A stretch of DNA of 64,000 nt. Origin: an uncultured delta proteobacterium. Lineage in GTDB: Bacteria; Desulfobacterota; Binatia; Binatales; Binataceae. The DNA lies in contig CAWFGH010000009.1 of NCBI GenBank assembly GCA_963815255.1, forward strand, positions 63,467 to 127,466, given 5' to 3'. The notes below the pieces were generated by a model. That model ran no database searches and was not told the origin of the DNA. It saw only the letters and a program-made list of their open reading frames with translations. The stretch's first letter is position 1. Every line of letters starts with the position of its first letter. Both the position numbers and the translations under genes were made by a program. This document shows positions 19,907 to 29,749 of this stretch, one piece after another.

Positions 19907-20798
19907 GAGCGTCGCGTTTGCGCCGCTGCCTGAAGCTGATGCGGCGCTGCGAAAAGATTACGCACGGTGCGCGTCGATCACGCGCCGCTCCTCGTCCAAC
20001 TTTTACTACGCCTTCATGCTGCTGCCGGCGGAGCGCCGCCACGCGCTGTACTCGGTCTACGCATTTTGCCGCTTCGTCGACGATATCGCCGATGACGACT
20101 CGGTGGGCAAGCCGGTCGAACTGCTCATCCGCTGGCGCGAGGAACTCGAACGCGTGTTCAACGGCTCGCCGACTCATCCGATCTCCCGCGCGCTCGCCCA
20201 CAACGTGCGCCGCTTCGCGATCCCGCGCCGCTACTTCGAGGAGATAATCGACGGCGTCGAGATGGACCTGGAGCGTACTCGGTACGCGACCTTCGAGGAC
20301 CTTCGCCTGTACTGCTACCGCGTTGCCTCGGCGGTCGGTCTCGTGTGTATCGAAATTTTCGGCTATCGCAATCCGCGCACCCGCCAGTACGCAGAAAGTC
20401 TCGGCATCGCATTCCAGCTCACCAACATCATCCGCGACTTGAGCGAAGACGCCGGCCGCGGCCGTATCTATCTGCCGCTTGAGGATCTCGCGCGCTTCGG
20501 CGTGACCGAGGACGAAATCCTGCGCGGCGCCGACACGCTGGAGCTTCGTCGCCTGCTGGAGTACGAGGTCGAGCGAGCACGTTCGTTTTACGCGCAAGCG
20601 GAGCAGGCGCTTGCGGCCGAGGACCGCGCCGCGATGCTGTGTGCGGAAGCGATGCGCTCCATTTATCACGCGCTGCTCGAGCGTATCGCGAGCAAGGGTT
20701 GCGGCGTCGTCGGCCGGCGCTATCGTATTTCCACCCCGCGCAAGCTCTATCTGGTCGGCCGCACATGGGCCGGCACGCGGCTGCGGGCGAGGAACTAG
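19896..20798 (+). CDS. hpnD: Presqualene diphosphate synthase HpnD (squalene/phytoene synthase family)
   Basis: SNFYYAF and FCRFVDDIADD motifs. A probable TTG start overlaps the hpnC 3' end; the start is uncertain by a few codons. Confidence 0.8.
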   Translation: MKPESVAFAPLPEADAALRKDYARCASITRRSSSNFYYAFMLLPAERRHALYSVYAFCRFVDDIADDDSVGKPVELLIRWREELERVFNGSPTHPISRALAHNVRRFAIPRRYFEEIIDGVEMDLERTRYATFEDLRLYCYRVASAVGLVCIEIFGYRNPRTRQYAESLGIAFQLTNIIRDLSEDAGRGRIYLPLEDLARFGVTEDEILRGADTLELRRLLEYEVERARSFYAQAEQALAAEDRAAMLCAEAMRSIYHALLERIASKGCGVVGRRYRISTPRKLYLVGRTWAGTRLRARN

Positions 20799-20804
20799 CC
20801 CGCG

Positions 20805-22181
20805 ATGCTCGATCAGCGCGACGTCGTCGTGATCGGCGGCGGATTCGCCGGGCTGAGCGCCGCAGTTGCGCTCGCCAACCGCGGCTTTCGCGTCGCGGTG
20901 CTCGAACGCAAACCGGCCCTGGGCGGCCGCGCCTATTCGTTCGCCGACACAGAGACCGGTGACTTCGTCGACAACGGCCAGCACGTGCTGATGGGATGCT
21001 ACGCCGAGACGCTCAAGTTCCTCGATCGTATCGGCGCCAGCGGCCAGTTGGTGTTTCATCCTGATCTCGCAATCGAGATGCTCGAACGCGACGGGCGCGC
21101 CGGCGTGCTCAAGACCGCGCATCTGCCGGGCCCTCTCCACATGACCGCCGCGCTGCTGCGCTACCGGCTGCTAACGCCGCGCGAGCGGCTGAGCGCGATG
21201 ATCGCGGGGCTTCGGATGCTGCGGATGCATCGCCGCGACCGCGCGCGCCTGGGCCGGACGACCGTCAAGACGCTGATGGACGTGCTGGGGCAGGGGGAAA
21301 GGGCGCGGCACTGCTTCTGGTATCCGATTGCGATCGCGACGCTCAACGAGGATCCCGAACTTGCCTCGGCGGCTCTGCTGGCCGAAGTGCTAAAGCGCGC
21401 GTTTTTCTCGCGCCGCTCCGATTCCGCTTTTGTCTACGCCAAGGTCGGGCTAAGCGATCTCTACTGTCCCGGTTCCGTGCGGATGATCGAGGCAAGCGGC
21501 GGCCTGGTCGAGACTCGCGCGGTCGTCGAGGTCCTGGAGTTCGGGGGCGAAGGCAAAATCAAGGGCGTGCGCCTGCGCGACGGACGCCGTTTGCAGGCTG
21601 CGAACTTTATTGCCGCGGTTCCGCCCGCCCAGCTTGTGCGACTTCTGCCAGAAGGGGCGGGCGCAGATCCGTTTTTCGCACACCTGGGCGAGATTACTTC
21701 GTCGCCGATTGTCTGCGTCCATGCCTGGTTCGACCGCGAAATCACCGACGCTCCATTTGTCGGCTTCGTCGGCACGACCACGCAATGGCTATTCAACAAG
21801 CGTCGCATATTTGTCGACAACGGCGAGCGCGCCAACGGCTATTTGAGTTTTGTCATCAGCGGCGCGCGCAAGCTGGTCGACGCCGGCAACGAAGAGTTGC
21901 TCGACCTGGTGACCGGCGATTTGAACACGATGATTCCGGCCTCCCGCGACGCGCGCCTGCTCAAGGCCCTGGTGCTCAAGGAGAAGCAGGCCACCATGGC
22001 GCCGTCGCCCGAGTGCGACCGTTTGCGGCCGACTGTGCCGACGCCGATCGCAAACTTTTTTCTTGCCGGCGACTGGATTCAGACCGGCTTGCCGGCAACG
22101 ATCGAGAGCGCCGTTGCGTCGGGGCATGCCGCCGCCGCCGCTATCGCCGCGCGCGTAGGCGAGTCGGTGCCTCCGGCCTGA
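20805..22181 (+). CDS. hpnE: Hydroxysqualene dehydroxylase HpnE (FAD-dependent amine-oxidase/phytoene-desaturase family)
   Basis: N-terminal VVVIGGGFAGLSAAVALANRGFRVAVLE (GxGxxG FAD fold). Placed after hpnC and hpnD. Confidence 0.85.
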   Translation: MLDQRDVVVIGGGFAGLSAAVALANRGFRVAVLERKPALGGRAYSFADTETGDFVDNGQHVLMGCYAETLKFLDRIGASGQLVFHPDLAIEMLERDGRAGVLKTAHLPGPLHMTAALLRYRLLTPRERLSAMIAGLRMLRMHRRDRARLGRTTVKTLMDVLGQGERARHCFWYPIAIATLNEDPELASAALLAEVLKRAFFSRRSDSAFVYAKVGLSDLYCPGSVRMIEASGGLVETRAVVEVLEFGGEGKIKGVRLRDGRRLQAANFIAAVPPAQLVRLLPEGAGADPFFAHLGEITSSPIVCVHAWFDREITDAPFVGFVGTTTQWLFNKRRIFVDNGERANGYLSFVISGARKLVDAGNEELLDLVTGDLNTMIPASRDARLLKALVLKEKQATMAPSPECDRLRPTVPTPIANFFLAGDWIQTGLPATIESAVASGHAAAAAIAARVGESVPPA

Positions 22182-22187
22182 GCGCGT

Positions 22188-23219
22188 ATGGCTTCGCGAA
22201 TCGCACTGGTTACGGGCGCCAACGGCTTCGTAGGATGCTACGTGGTGCGGGCGTTGCTCGCGCGCGGGACCGCGGTGCGCGCGATGGTACGCAAGGGCGC
22301 CGACTTGCGCGCGCTTGAGGGTTTGTCGTGCGAGTATGCGTGGGGCGACCTGCGCGATGTTGCCGCGGTGGAAGAGGCGACGCGCGGATGCGACGAGGTC
22401 TACCACGTCGCTGCGGATTACCGGCTCTGGGTGCTCGATTCGGCGCCGATGTACGCCTCCAACGTCGAGGGGACTCGCAACGTCCTGGCAGCGGCGCATC
22501 GCGCCAAGGTTCGCCGCGTGGTCCACACCAGCACGGTCGGCGCTATCGGCATCCCGCACGGCGAATCCGGGCGCGAGGACTCGCCGGTTTCGCTCGGCGA
22601 CATGGTGGGACCTTACAAGCGATCGAAATTCCTGGCCGAGCAGGAGGCGCTCAAGGCGGCGCGCGAGGGTGTGCCGGTCGTGATCGTCAATCCGTCCACG
22701 CCCGTCGGCCCCAACGACTACAAGCCGACGCCGACCGGACGCATAATCGTCGATTTCTTGAATCGCCGAATGCCGGCCTTCATGGACACCGGGCTCAATC
22801 TGGTCGACGTCGAAGACGCCGCGGCGGGGCATCTGCTCGCCGCCGAGCGCGGCGTGATCGGCGAGAAATATATTCTGGGCGGCGAAAACCTGTCGCTGGA
22901 AGAAATGCTCGGCCGCCTGGCAAAACTGTCCGGCCTGAGCGCGCCCCGGATTCGCGTTCCGTACGCGGTCGCGTGGACGTTCGCGCTCGGCGCCGAGGCG
23001 GTTGCGCGTACGATCACCCGGCGCGCACCGCGCGCGAGCCTGACCGAGGTTCGGATGGCGCGCAAGCGGATGTTCTTCGATTCCTCCAAAGCGCGCGCGG
23101 CGCTGGGATACGCGCCGCGCCCGATCGATGACGCGCTTGCGCGCGCGATCGAGTTCTTTCATTCAATCGGCGCTGTGCAGAGGGCGCCGCACGGGCGTCA
23201 GTTTCGGCGTCCGGCCTGA
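22188..23219 (+). CDS. hpnA: Hopanoid-associated NAD-dependent sugar epimerase/dehydratase HpnA
   Basis: VTGANGFVG Rossmann motif and the YxxxK element (PYKRSK). Confidence 0.8.
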   Translation: MASRIALVTGANGFVGCYVVRALLARGTAVRAMVRKGADLRALEGLSCEYAWGDLRDVAAVEEATRGCDEVYHVAADYRLWVLDSAPMYASNVEGTRNVLAAAHRAKVRRVVHTSTVGAIGIPHGESGREDSPVSLGDMVGPYKRSKFLAEQEALKAAREGVPVVIVNPSTPVGPNDYKPTPTGRIIVDFLNRRMPAFMDTGLNLVDVEDAAAGHLLAAERGVIGEKYILGGENLSLEEMLGRLAKLSGLSAPRIRVPYAVAWTFALGAEAVARTITRRAPRASLTEVRMARKRMFFDSSKARAALGYAPRPIDDALARAIEFFHSIGAVQRAPHGRQFRRPA

Positions 23220-23238
23220 GGTGGAACCGGGGCCGGCG

Positions 23239-24138
23239 ATGCATCTGCTGTTTTCGACAATCGCTCTGCGGCCGTATGTGTTCGTGTTCCTGGGATTCTA
23301 CCTGGCGATCGCGATCGTCAATTTCGGCTTGCGCACGACGGTTCTGTTCACGGTGCTGACGTACGCGGTGGCATGGGCTTGCGAATGGAGCTCGGTGCGC
23401 AACGGCTTTCCGTTCGGGCTCTATCATTACGTCCAGGCGACGCGCGGCCGCGAAATCTGGGTCGCCGGCGTTCCCTTAATGGACTCGCTCTCGTTCACCT
23501 TTCTTTCCTTTGCGAGCTACACGCTCGCGCTGGCGCTGAGCGCGCCGCTTTACCGGCGCGGGTTTGACCTGCGGACGCTCGACACGTGGGAGCTCAGAAG
23601 CTCGCCGCGAGTCTGGCTGATGGCGGCGCTGTTCATGGTGATGATCGACATGGTGGCCGATCCGCTAAGCGTGCTCGGCGAGCGCTGGTTCCTCGGCAAA
23701 GTTTTCTGGTACGACCCGCCGGGGCCGCATTTCGGCGTACCGATCAGCAACTATCTCGGATGGTATTTCGTCGCGGCGGTAGCCGTGGCGATTTTCCAGT
23801 GGCTCGATCGCCGGCTCAATCGCGGCGGCAGCAAGCCGATGGGCGCAGTGCCGGCGGCGCCGTCGCGCGCGCTTTGGGGACCGGGGTTGTACGCCGGAAT
23901 GGTCGGCTTCGCAATCGTGATGCTGTTTCGTATCGGCGCGCGTGAAATCGGCTGGGCGGGAATTTTTATCTTCCTTCCGCTGCTGGCGTTGGCGCTCCAT
24001 ATCATGACGCGCGCCGAGTGCTGGGGCGACGCTGCCGCCGTCGAGCGCCATCTGGCGGACTTTCCCTTCGAGCAAGCGCTTGCGGTGTGGAGCGCGGCCG
24101 CGCCGCGAACGCTCGTCAAACGGCGCGGCGCCGCGTGA
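23239..24138 (+). CDS. Polytopic membrane protein, carotenoid-biosynthesis-associated (PF04240/DUF422-like) family, common in hopanoid clusters
   Basis: 300-aa protein with about 7 TM helices and the conserved region WFLGKVFWYDPPGPHFGVPISNYLGWYF. Confidence 0.55.
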   Translation: MHLLFSTIALRPYVFVFLGFYLAIAIVNFGLRTTVLFTVLTYAVAWACEWSSVRNGFPFGLYHYVQATRGREIWVAGVPLMDSLSFTFLSFASYTLALALSAPLYRRGFDLRTLDTWELRSSPRVWLMAALFMVMIDMVADPLSVLGERWFLGKVFWYDPPGPHFGVPISNYLGWYFVAAVAVAIFQWLDRRLNRGGSKPMGAVPAAPSRALWGPGLYAGMVGFAIVMLFRIGAREIGWAGIFIFLPLLALALHIMTRAECWGDAAAVERHLADFPFEQALAVWSAAAPRTLVKRRGAA

Positions 24139-24150
24139 CGCCGAGCCTGG

Positions 24151-25042
24151 TCAGGTTTCCGGCCGGCTCAGCGCTTCGAGCGCGGCGGCCAGCGCCGCTG
24201 TCGCGCGATTGAGGCTACGCATCATGCGTGCGAGTCCGACGACCGCCGCGGGATTGCGCAGCACGAAGCTCGCGGCCGCGAGCGGCCGCACCTCGCCGTC
24301 CGGCCCCGCCAGTTCCGCGCCCACGATTTCCTCGTCGACGGTGTCGAGTACCGCGCGCACGCACGCGAAGCGCAGGCCGCATCGATGGGCCTCGGCCGCG
24401 ACGGCGGCGCTTTCCATGTCGACCGCGAGCGCGCCGGTTCTGGTCCGGGCGTCGCGCTTGGCGGCGCCGTCTTTGAGAATCCGCGCCGCGGTCAGGATCG
24501 TTCCGGTTGTGAACGAGAGCCGACGCTGTCTCGAGCGCGGCCTGGAAGCGCGCGAGATCGGCGGGCGGAATCGCGATCGTTCTCCGCGCGGACTCGGCAT
24601 CCTCCCCGTCTAGAATGAGGCGGTCGGCGAGCACCAGGTCGCCGGGTCGCAGCTCTTCGCTGAGCGCTCCCGCGAGGCCGGTTGCAATCACGAGGTCTGT
24701 CGAAAGAGTTGGCGATAAATTTGGCGTGAGATTTGGCGACGGACTTGGCGATAGTTTTGGCGATGCAAACGATCGCATCGCGCGGCGCGCCGTATCGGCG
24801 GCCCGGCGTATTCCCAGCCCGGTTGCGATGCCGACGATTTCCGCGGATCCGAGTCGGCCACGAAAACCTCGCAGCCCGTCGATTCCGAGCGCGGTGCGGC
24901 TCTCAAGGCGGCGCTTGAAAGCGGCGGCCTCCCGCGCGAATGCGTAAAAGATCAGGATCACCGGGGTCTCAGCTTGAGCCGCGCCGCGCTTGCTAGCAAA
25001 ATTGCGCCCGTGGGGGCGCGCGTCAATAGGATTGTGCCACAA
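24151..25042 (-). pseudogene. hpnG: Hopanoid-associated phosphorylase HpnG (PNP/MTAN nucleosidase family) with a frameshift and an in-frame 12-bp x4 repeat insertion
   Basis: The N-terminal part (PVILIFYAFAREAA...VGIATGLG...GDLVLADRLILDG) and the C-terminal part (ALAVDMESAAVAAEAHRCGLRFACVRAVLD) are on the same strand but in different frames, with the change at about 24540-24600. A tandem repeat (a)tttggcg(x4), 24700-24760, encodes SPKLSPSPSPNLTPNLSPTLS. Confidence 0.6.
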
Positions 25043-25074
25043 GCGCGGCGGATTGTGCGCGCGCGACCGGGTCG

Positions 25075-25968
25075 ATGACGGAAGCGAAGTCCGTCATCTT
25101 CACCGCCGACGATTTTGGCGCTTCCGCCGAGGTCAACACCGGTATCCTGCGGGCTTATCGCCAGGGCGTGTTGCGCGGGGCGAGCCTGATGGTCGCGGCG
25201 CCGGCGCGCGACGCGGCGGCTGCGGCGGCACGCGAATGTCCCGACCTCGACGTCGGCCTTCATCTCGTCGTGTGCAAGGGACAAAGCGTGTTGCCGCCCG
25301 CGCGGCTGGGCGGGCTGGTCGACAGCGCCGGCCGCTTCGTCGAAAACCCGGTGAAGGGCGGGATGCGCTATTTTTTCAACCGCCGCCTGCGCAGCAGCAT
25401 CGCGGACGAGTGCCGCGCGCAGATCGAGCTCCACCTCAAACTGGTCGGCTATCTCAACCACATCGACGGCCATTTGAATTTCCATGTGCATCCGGTGATC
25501 AACGACATCCTGCTCGACCTGGCCGCGGAATACCGCGTGCCGTGCATCCGGCTGCCACGCGAGCCGGTGTTTACGACGCTCGCGCTCGCGCGCGACAACG
25601 CACCGCGCAAGTTGGTCGAGGCGGTTATTTTTCACGCGCTCTCCAGGCGGGCGCGGCGAAAGATGACCGAGCGCGGAATCAAATCCACCGACTGGCTCTT
25701 CGGGCTCCATCAGAGCGGCAACCTGAGCGAGCGCTATCTGCTCGACGTTATCGCGCGGCTCCGCCCGGGCCTGACCGAGATTTATAGCCATCCCGCGGCC
25801 GATATCGGTGGCACGCCACCGCCCGCGGCGGCGCAGCGCGAAGTCGAAATCCTGACCAGCCCGCTATTGCCGCTCGCGCTTACTCACGCGGGCGCACGCC
25901 TGACGAATTTCGCCGAACTCGCGCGCGCGCTCGATCAACCCCGAGCCCCTTCAGGCGCGCGGGGATAA
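25075..25968 (+). CDS. hpnK: Hopanoid biosynthesis-associated protein HpnK (YdjC/ChbG-like carbohydrate deacetylase)
   Basis: N-terminal VIFTADDFGASAEVNTGIL, with DGHLNFHVHP and the HP..D motif of the YdjC family. Divergent from hpnG. Confidence 0.75.
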   Translation: MTEAKSVIFTADDFGASAEVNTGILRAYRQGVLRGASLMVAAPARDAAAAAARECPDLDVGLHLVVCKGQSVLPPARLGGLVDSAGRFVENPVKGGMRYFFNRRLRSSIADECRAQIELHLKLVGYLNHIDGHLNFHVHPVINDILLDLAAEYRVPCIRLPREPVFTTLALARDNAPRKLVEAVIFHALSRRARRKMTERGIKSTDWLFGLHQSGNLSERYLLDVIARLRPGLTEIYSHPAADIGGTPPPAAAQREVEILTSPLLPLALTHAGARLTNFAELARALDQPRAPSGARG

Positions 25969-26085
25969 TGATCGTCAATGCGATTGGCCGCTGGCGCGCC
26001 GCACGGTACTCTAACTCGCAACGCCGCGCGGCGCAGAGCCGGGCTCGCCAATTCAAAGCTCAAACGTCAGTAACGCAGGACTGAT

Positions 26086-26133
26086 ATATCCAGGAAGGCT
26101 ATACCCAGGAAGGCTATACCAATGATGGACCAG
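26086..26133 (+). repeat. Tandem direct repeat ccaggaaggctatacc (2 full copies plus 1 partial) spanning the pepN start codon
   Basis: Read directly: tccaggaaggctataccc aggaaggctatacc aATGatggaccaggaaggcg. Confidence 0.6.
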
Positions 26134-28707
26134 GAAGGCGCTCCGCTCGCCGCCGACAAGGCTTCCGAATACAGGCTCCCGTCGAACGTGGTGCCGGAGC
26201 GCTACGAAATTAGCCTCACGCCCGACCTCCGCGCGTTCACGTTCGCCGGCGAGGAGAACGTGACGGTGCGCGTCATCACTGCGACCACCGACGTGGTCCT
26301 CAATGCGCTCGAGCTCGAGATTGACCGGGTCAGCGCCGAGCGCGGCAGCGCCATCATCGCCGGCAAGGCGGCGCTTGAGCCTGCGCACGAGCGCGCGCGC
26401 CTGACGTTCGATCGCGCGTTGGAGCCCGGCGAGTGGACGCTGCGCATCGCCTTTCGCGGCATCCTCAACGACAAGCTGCACGGCTTCTATCGCAGCACCT
26501 ACAAGGACGCGCAGGGCAATATGCATCTGGTCGCCAGCACTCAGTTCGAGGCGACCGACGCGCGCCGCGCGATCCCGTGTTGGGACGAGCCGGCGCTGAA
26601 GGCGAGCTTCAAGGTGCGCCTCGTGATCGACGAAGGCCTGAGCGCGTTTTCCAACGCCGGGGTCGAGAGCGAGCGCAGCCTTGGCGGCGGCAAAAAGGCG
26701 ATCGTCTACAAGGAGACGATCAAGATGTCGACCTACCTGCTCGCCTTTATCGTGGGCGAGTTCGAGGCGACCGAGCCTGTCGACGCCGGGACTCCACTGC
26801 GCATCGCGCACGTGCCGGGCAAGCGCGCGTTGACCGCATGGGCGCGCGAGATCGGCGCGTTCTCGCTCAAGTGGTTCGCCAACTATTACGGGTTGCCCTA
26901 TCCGGGCGACAAGCTCGACCTGATCGCGATTCCCGACTTCGCGTCGGGCGCGATGGAGAACCTGGGCGCGATAACGTTCCGCGAGACCGCTTTGCTGATC
27001 GACGAAAAGAGTGCCTCGCGCGCCGAACTCGAGCGCGTGGCCGACGTCGTTGCGCACGAGAACGCGCACATGTGGTTCGGCGACCTGGTCACGATGAAAT
27101 GGTGGAACGGCATCTGGCTCAACGAGGCGTTCGCCACCTTCATGGAGATGCTCGCCGTCGACGCCTGGAAGCCGAAGTGGAAGCGCTGGGAGAGTTTCTC
27201 GGTCTCGCGCACGGCGGCGATGGCGATCGACGGACTGAGCAGTACGCGGCCGATCGAGTTCACCGTGCTGAGCCCCGAGGACGCGCGCGCGATGTTCGAC
27301 GTGCTGACCTACGAGAAGGGCGCTTCGGTGCTGAGGATGCTCGAGCAGTATCTGGGCGCGGAGCGCTTCCGCACCGGCATCGCGGCCTACCTGCGCAAGC
27401 ATCAGTACGCCAACGCCGAGACCGGCGACCTGTGGGACGCGCTCGAGCAGGCTTCCGACGAGCCGGTGCGCAAGTTGATGGACTCGTGGATTTTCCAACC
27501 CGGCTTTCCGATCGTTGAAGCGGCTCTGGGAGCCGACGGCCGCTCGCTGACGGTGCGCCAGCGGCGCTTTTTTTATCTCGGCGAAAACGCCACCACCGCC
27601 GGGCACGATCAGCTCTGGCAGGTGCCGGTGATGGTGCGGGCGAAGACCGAAAAGGGCGTCACGACCCATCGGTTGCTGCTCGGCGGCCGCGAGGCGACGC
27701 TCGATTTGGGCGCACGCGTGGAATGGGCGCTGCTCAATGAAGGCGGCCACGGGTTTTTCCGCGTGCGCTACGCGGCGGATTTGCTCGCGGCGCTGGGCCG
27801 CAACCTGGGCGAGCTCAAGGCGGTGGAGCGCTACGCGCTGGTGAGCGATTCGTGGGCTGCGACGGTTGCCGGGATGTTGCCGCTTAAGGAATTCCTCGCC
27901 ATGCTGCGCGCGATGCGCGACGAGAGCGACCTCAATGTGTGGCGTGCGATGCTTTCGCCGTTGGCGTATCTGGACATGATCGTCAACGACGCCGAGCGTC
28001 CCATGCTGGCCGCGGCGGTGCGCGACATCGTCAGCGGCGCGGCGGCGCGCCTGGGATGGGACCCGCGTCCAGACGAGGACGAACTGGTGCGCCAGTTGCG
28101 CGGCACGCTGTGGGGCTCGATGGGCACGCTCGGCGACGACGGTGAGGTCCAGCGGCGCGCGGCCGAGCTCTATGCGCGCTACCTCAAGGATCCGTCCTCG
28201 GTGGACCGCGACCTGGTGCCGGCGGTGATCGCAATCCTGGCTTACGCCGGCGATCGCTCGCGCTACGAAGAGTTCAAGCAACACTTTAAGTCGGCGCGAA
28301 CCCCGCAAGAGGAGCAGCGCTATCTGTTTTCGCTTGCCAGCTTCCGCCGTCTCGAGCTTTTGCGCGAGACGATGGAGATGACGCTGAATGGCGAGGTGCG
28401 CACCCAGAACGCGCCCTACCTGATGCATGCGTTGCTGCTCAACACCGTCTGCCGGTACGAGGCGTGGGACTTCGTGAAGAAGCACTGGGAGGAGATGATT
28501 CGCAAGTTTCCCGACGCCGCGCTGCCCCGGATGTGCGAGGCGGTCGTCGGGCTGCTCGAGCGCGAGGCCGAGGTGCACGAGTTTTTCCAGGCTCATCGGG
28601 TAAGGCTCGGCGGCAAGATAATCGACCAGCATCTCGAGCGGCTGCGCGTGGCGGTGGCGTTTCGCAAGCGCGAGGGCGCGAATCTGGCCGCGGCGCTCAA
28701 GGGCTGA
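26122..28707 (+). CDS. pepN: Aminopeptidase N (M1 family zinc metallopeptidase)
   Basis: GAMEN exopeptidase motif and HEnaHmWFG...x18...E zinc-binding motif (VAHENAHMWFGDLVTMKWWNGIWLNEAF). 861 aa. Confidence 0.9.
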   Translation: MMDQEGAPLAADKASEYRLPSNVVPERYEISLTPDLRAFTFAGEENVTVRVITATTDVVLNALELEIDRVSAERGSAIIAGKAALEPAHERARLTFDRALEPGEWTLRIAFRGILNDKLHGFYRSTYKDAQGNMHLVASTQFEATDARRAIPCWDEPALKASFKVRLVIDEGLSAFSNAGVESERSLGGGKKAIVYKETIKMSTYLLAFIVGEFEATEPVDAGTPLRIAHVPGKRALTAWAREIGAFSLKWFANYYGLPYPGDKLDLIAIPDFASGAMENLGAITFRETALLIDEKSASRAELERVADVVAHENAHMWFGDLVTMKWWNGIWLNEAFATFMEMLAVDAWKPKWKRWESFSVSRTAAMAIDGLSSTRPIEFTVLSPEDARAMFDVLTYEKGASVLRMLEQYLGAERFRTGIAAYLRKHQYANAETGDLWDALEQASDEPVRKLMDSWIFQPGFPIVEAALGADGRSLTVRQRRFFYLGENATTAGHDQLWQVPVMVRAKTEKGVTTHRLLLGGREATLDLGARVEWALLNEGGHGFFRVRYAADLLAALGRNLGELKAVERYALVSDSWAATVAGMLPLKEFLAMLRAMRDESDLNVWRAMLSPLAYLDMIVNDAERPMLAAAVRDIVSGAAARLGWDPRPDEDELVRQLRGTLWGSMGTLGDDGEVQRRAAELYARYLKDPSSVDRDLVPAVIAILAYAGDRSRYEEFKQHFKSARTPQEEQRYLFSLASFRRLELLRETMEMTLNGEVRTQNAPYLMHALLLNTVCRYEAWDFVKKHWEEMIRKFPDAALPRMCEAVVGLLEREAEVHEFFQAHRVRLGGKIIDQHLERLRVAVAFRKREGANLAAALKG

Positions 28708-28736
28708 CGGGTGGGGATTTTCGGGGGATTCGCCAA

Positions 28737-29732
28737 ATGTTGAGTCCGCGGGTTGCTCTGGTGATACCCGTTTTCAACGGGGCTTCCACAATACGGCGTG
28801 CGATTGAAAGCGCACTTGTCCAGCGGCCGGCTCCTCCGGAGGTCATCGTGATCGACGACGGCTCCACGGACGAAACCCGGCAGATACTGAATGGGTACGC
28901 CGACAGGATAAAAGTGATTCGGCAAAAGCGCCAAGGTCCATCGGCCGCCCGCAATGCCGGAGCAACCGCGGCCTCGGATGCCGCATACGTGTCGTTTCTT
29001 GATGCCGACGACGCATTGCTGCCGGATATGATCTGCACGATGGTGGGGCGGCTCGAATCAGCCCCGGCGTCGGTACTCGCGTTTTCCGATGTAATACCCG
29101 TGGACGATAAGGGACATGCCTTGGACCTATGCTTCATAGACGATTGGTTTGCGCATGCTCCCTCGCTTCAGGAACTCTTGACAACGTATTGGCCCATTCT
29201 GCCCAGCGCCGCGGTGATGAGGCGTAATGCGTGCCTGAACTGCGGAGGATTTAGTGATAAGTTCACGGCGCCCGGGTTTGAAGACCCATATCTCTGGCTA
29301 CGAATGCGCGAGCAGGGCGAGTTCGAATTCGTGGACGAACCGCTGGCGATTTATCGCACTACACCGGCCCTGGAGCGGATGCTGAAATATGCGGGCGGCT
29401 ACAAAATCTTTATGCAGCTGGTGAAGGAGCACTATGGCGTCTCCGGCGAAGGACTGATCAGGGAGATGTCGGCGAAATTCATGCATGCGTGGAATTTCGA
29501 AGCCGCGAAGGCGCTGCGTCTGGGCAATAAGGAGCGCGCCAGACACGCGTTTAAATGCGCGCTGAAGTACGGGCCTTCCACCTCGCGGGTGCGCTCCACT
29601 TCACGATGGCTGCGTACATTTTTGCCCCTGTCGGCGGCTCGTGCACTGAGCGGAAAATTCCTGCGTCGGACCGAAGTCCAAACTCATTGGAACTATTTCT
29701 TCGTCGAGAGACCGAGCCGAATCGTTTTTTAA
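28737..29732 (+). CDS. Family 2 glycosyltransferase (first gene of a lower-GC island)
   Basis: VALVIPVFNGASTIRRAIESAL...VIVIDDGSTDET...FLDADD (DxD) GT-A signature. GC content falls from here to about 32.3 kb. Confidence 0.7.
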   Translation: MLSPRVALVIPVFNGASTIRRAIESALVQRPAPPEVIVIDDGSTDETRQILNGYADRIKVIRQKRQGPSAARNAGATAASDAAYVSFLDADDALLPDMICTMVGRLESAPASVLAFSDVIPVDDKGHALDLCFIDDWFAHAPSLQELLTTYWPILPSAAVMRRNACLNCGGFSDKFTAPGFEDPYLWLRMREQGEFEFVDEPLAIYRTTPALERMLKYAGGYKIFMQLVKEHYGVSGEGLIREMSAKFMHAWNFEAAKALRLGNKERARHAFKCALKYGPSTSRVRSTSRWLRTFLPLSAARALSGKFLRRTEVQTHWNYFFVERPSRIVF

Positions 29733-29749
29733 ATATAAAGAGAAATCAA

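Noticed and set aside
19761-21140. 459-aa minus-strand ORF antisense to hpnD/hpnE, and a similar antisense ORF at 13353-14627 over ispA
   Set aside because: Both overlap strongly conserved plus-strand hopanoid genes and have low-complexity translations.
26053-28632. 859-aa minus-strand ORF antisense to pepN
   Set aside because: It mirrors pepN and has no recognisable domains, whereas pepN has the GAMEN and HExxH motifs. It is a GC-rich antisense artefact.
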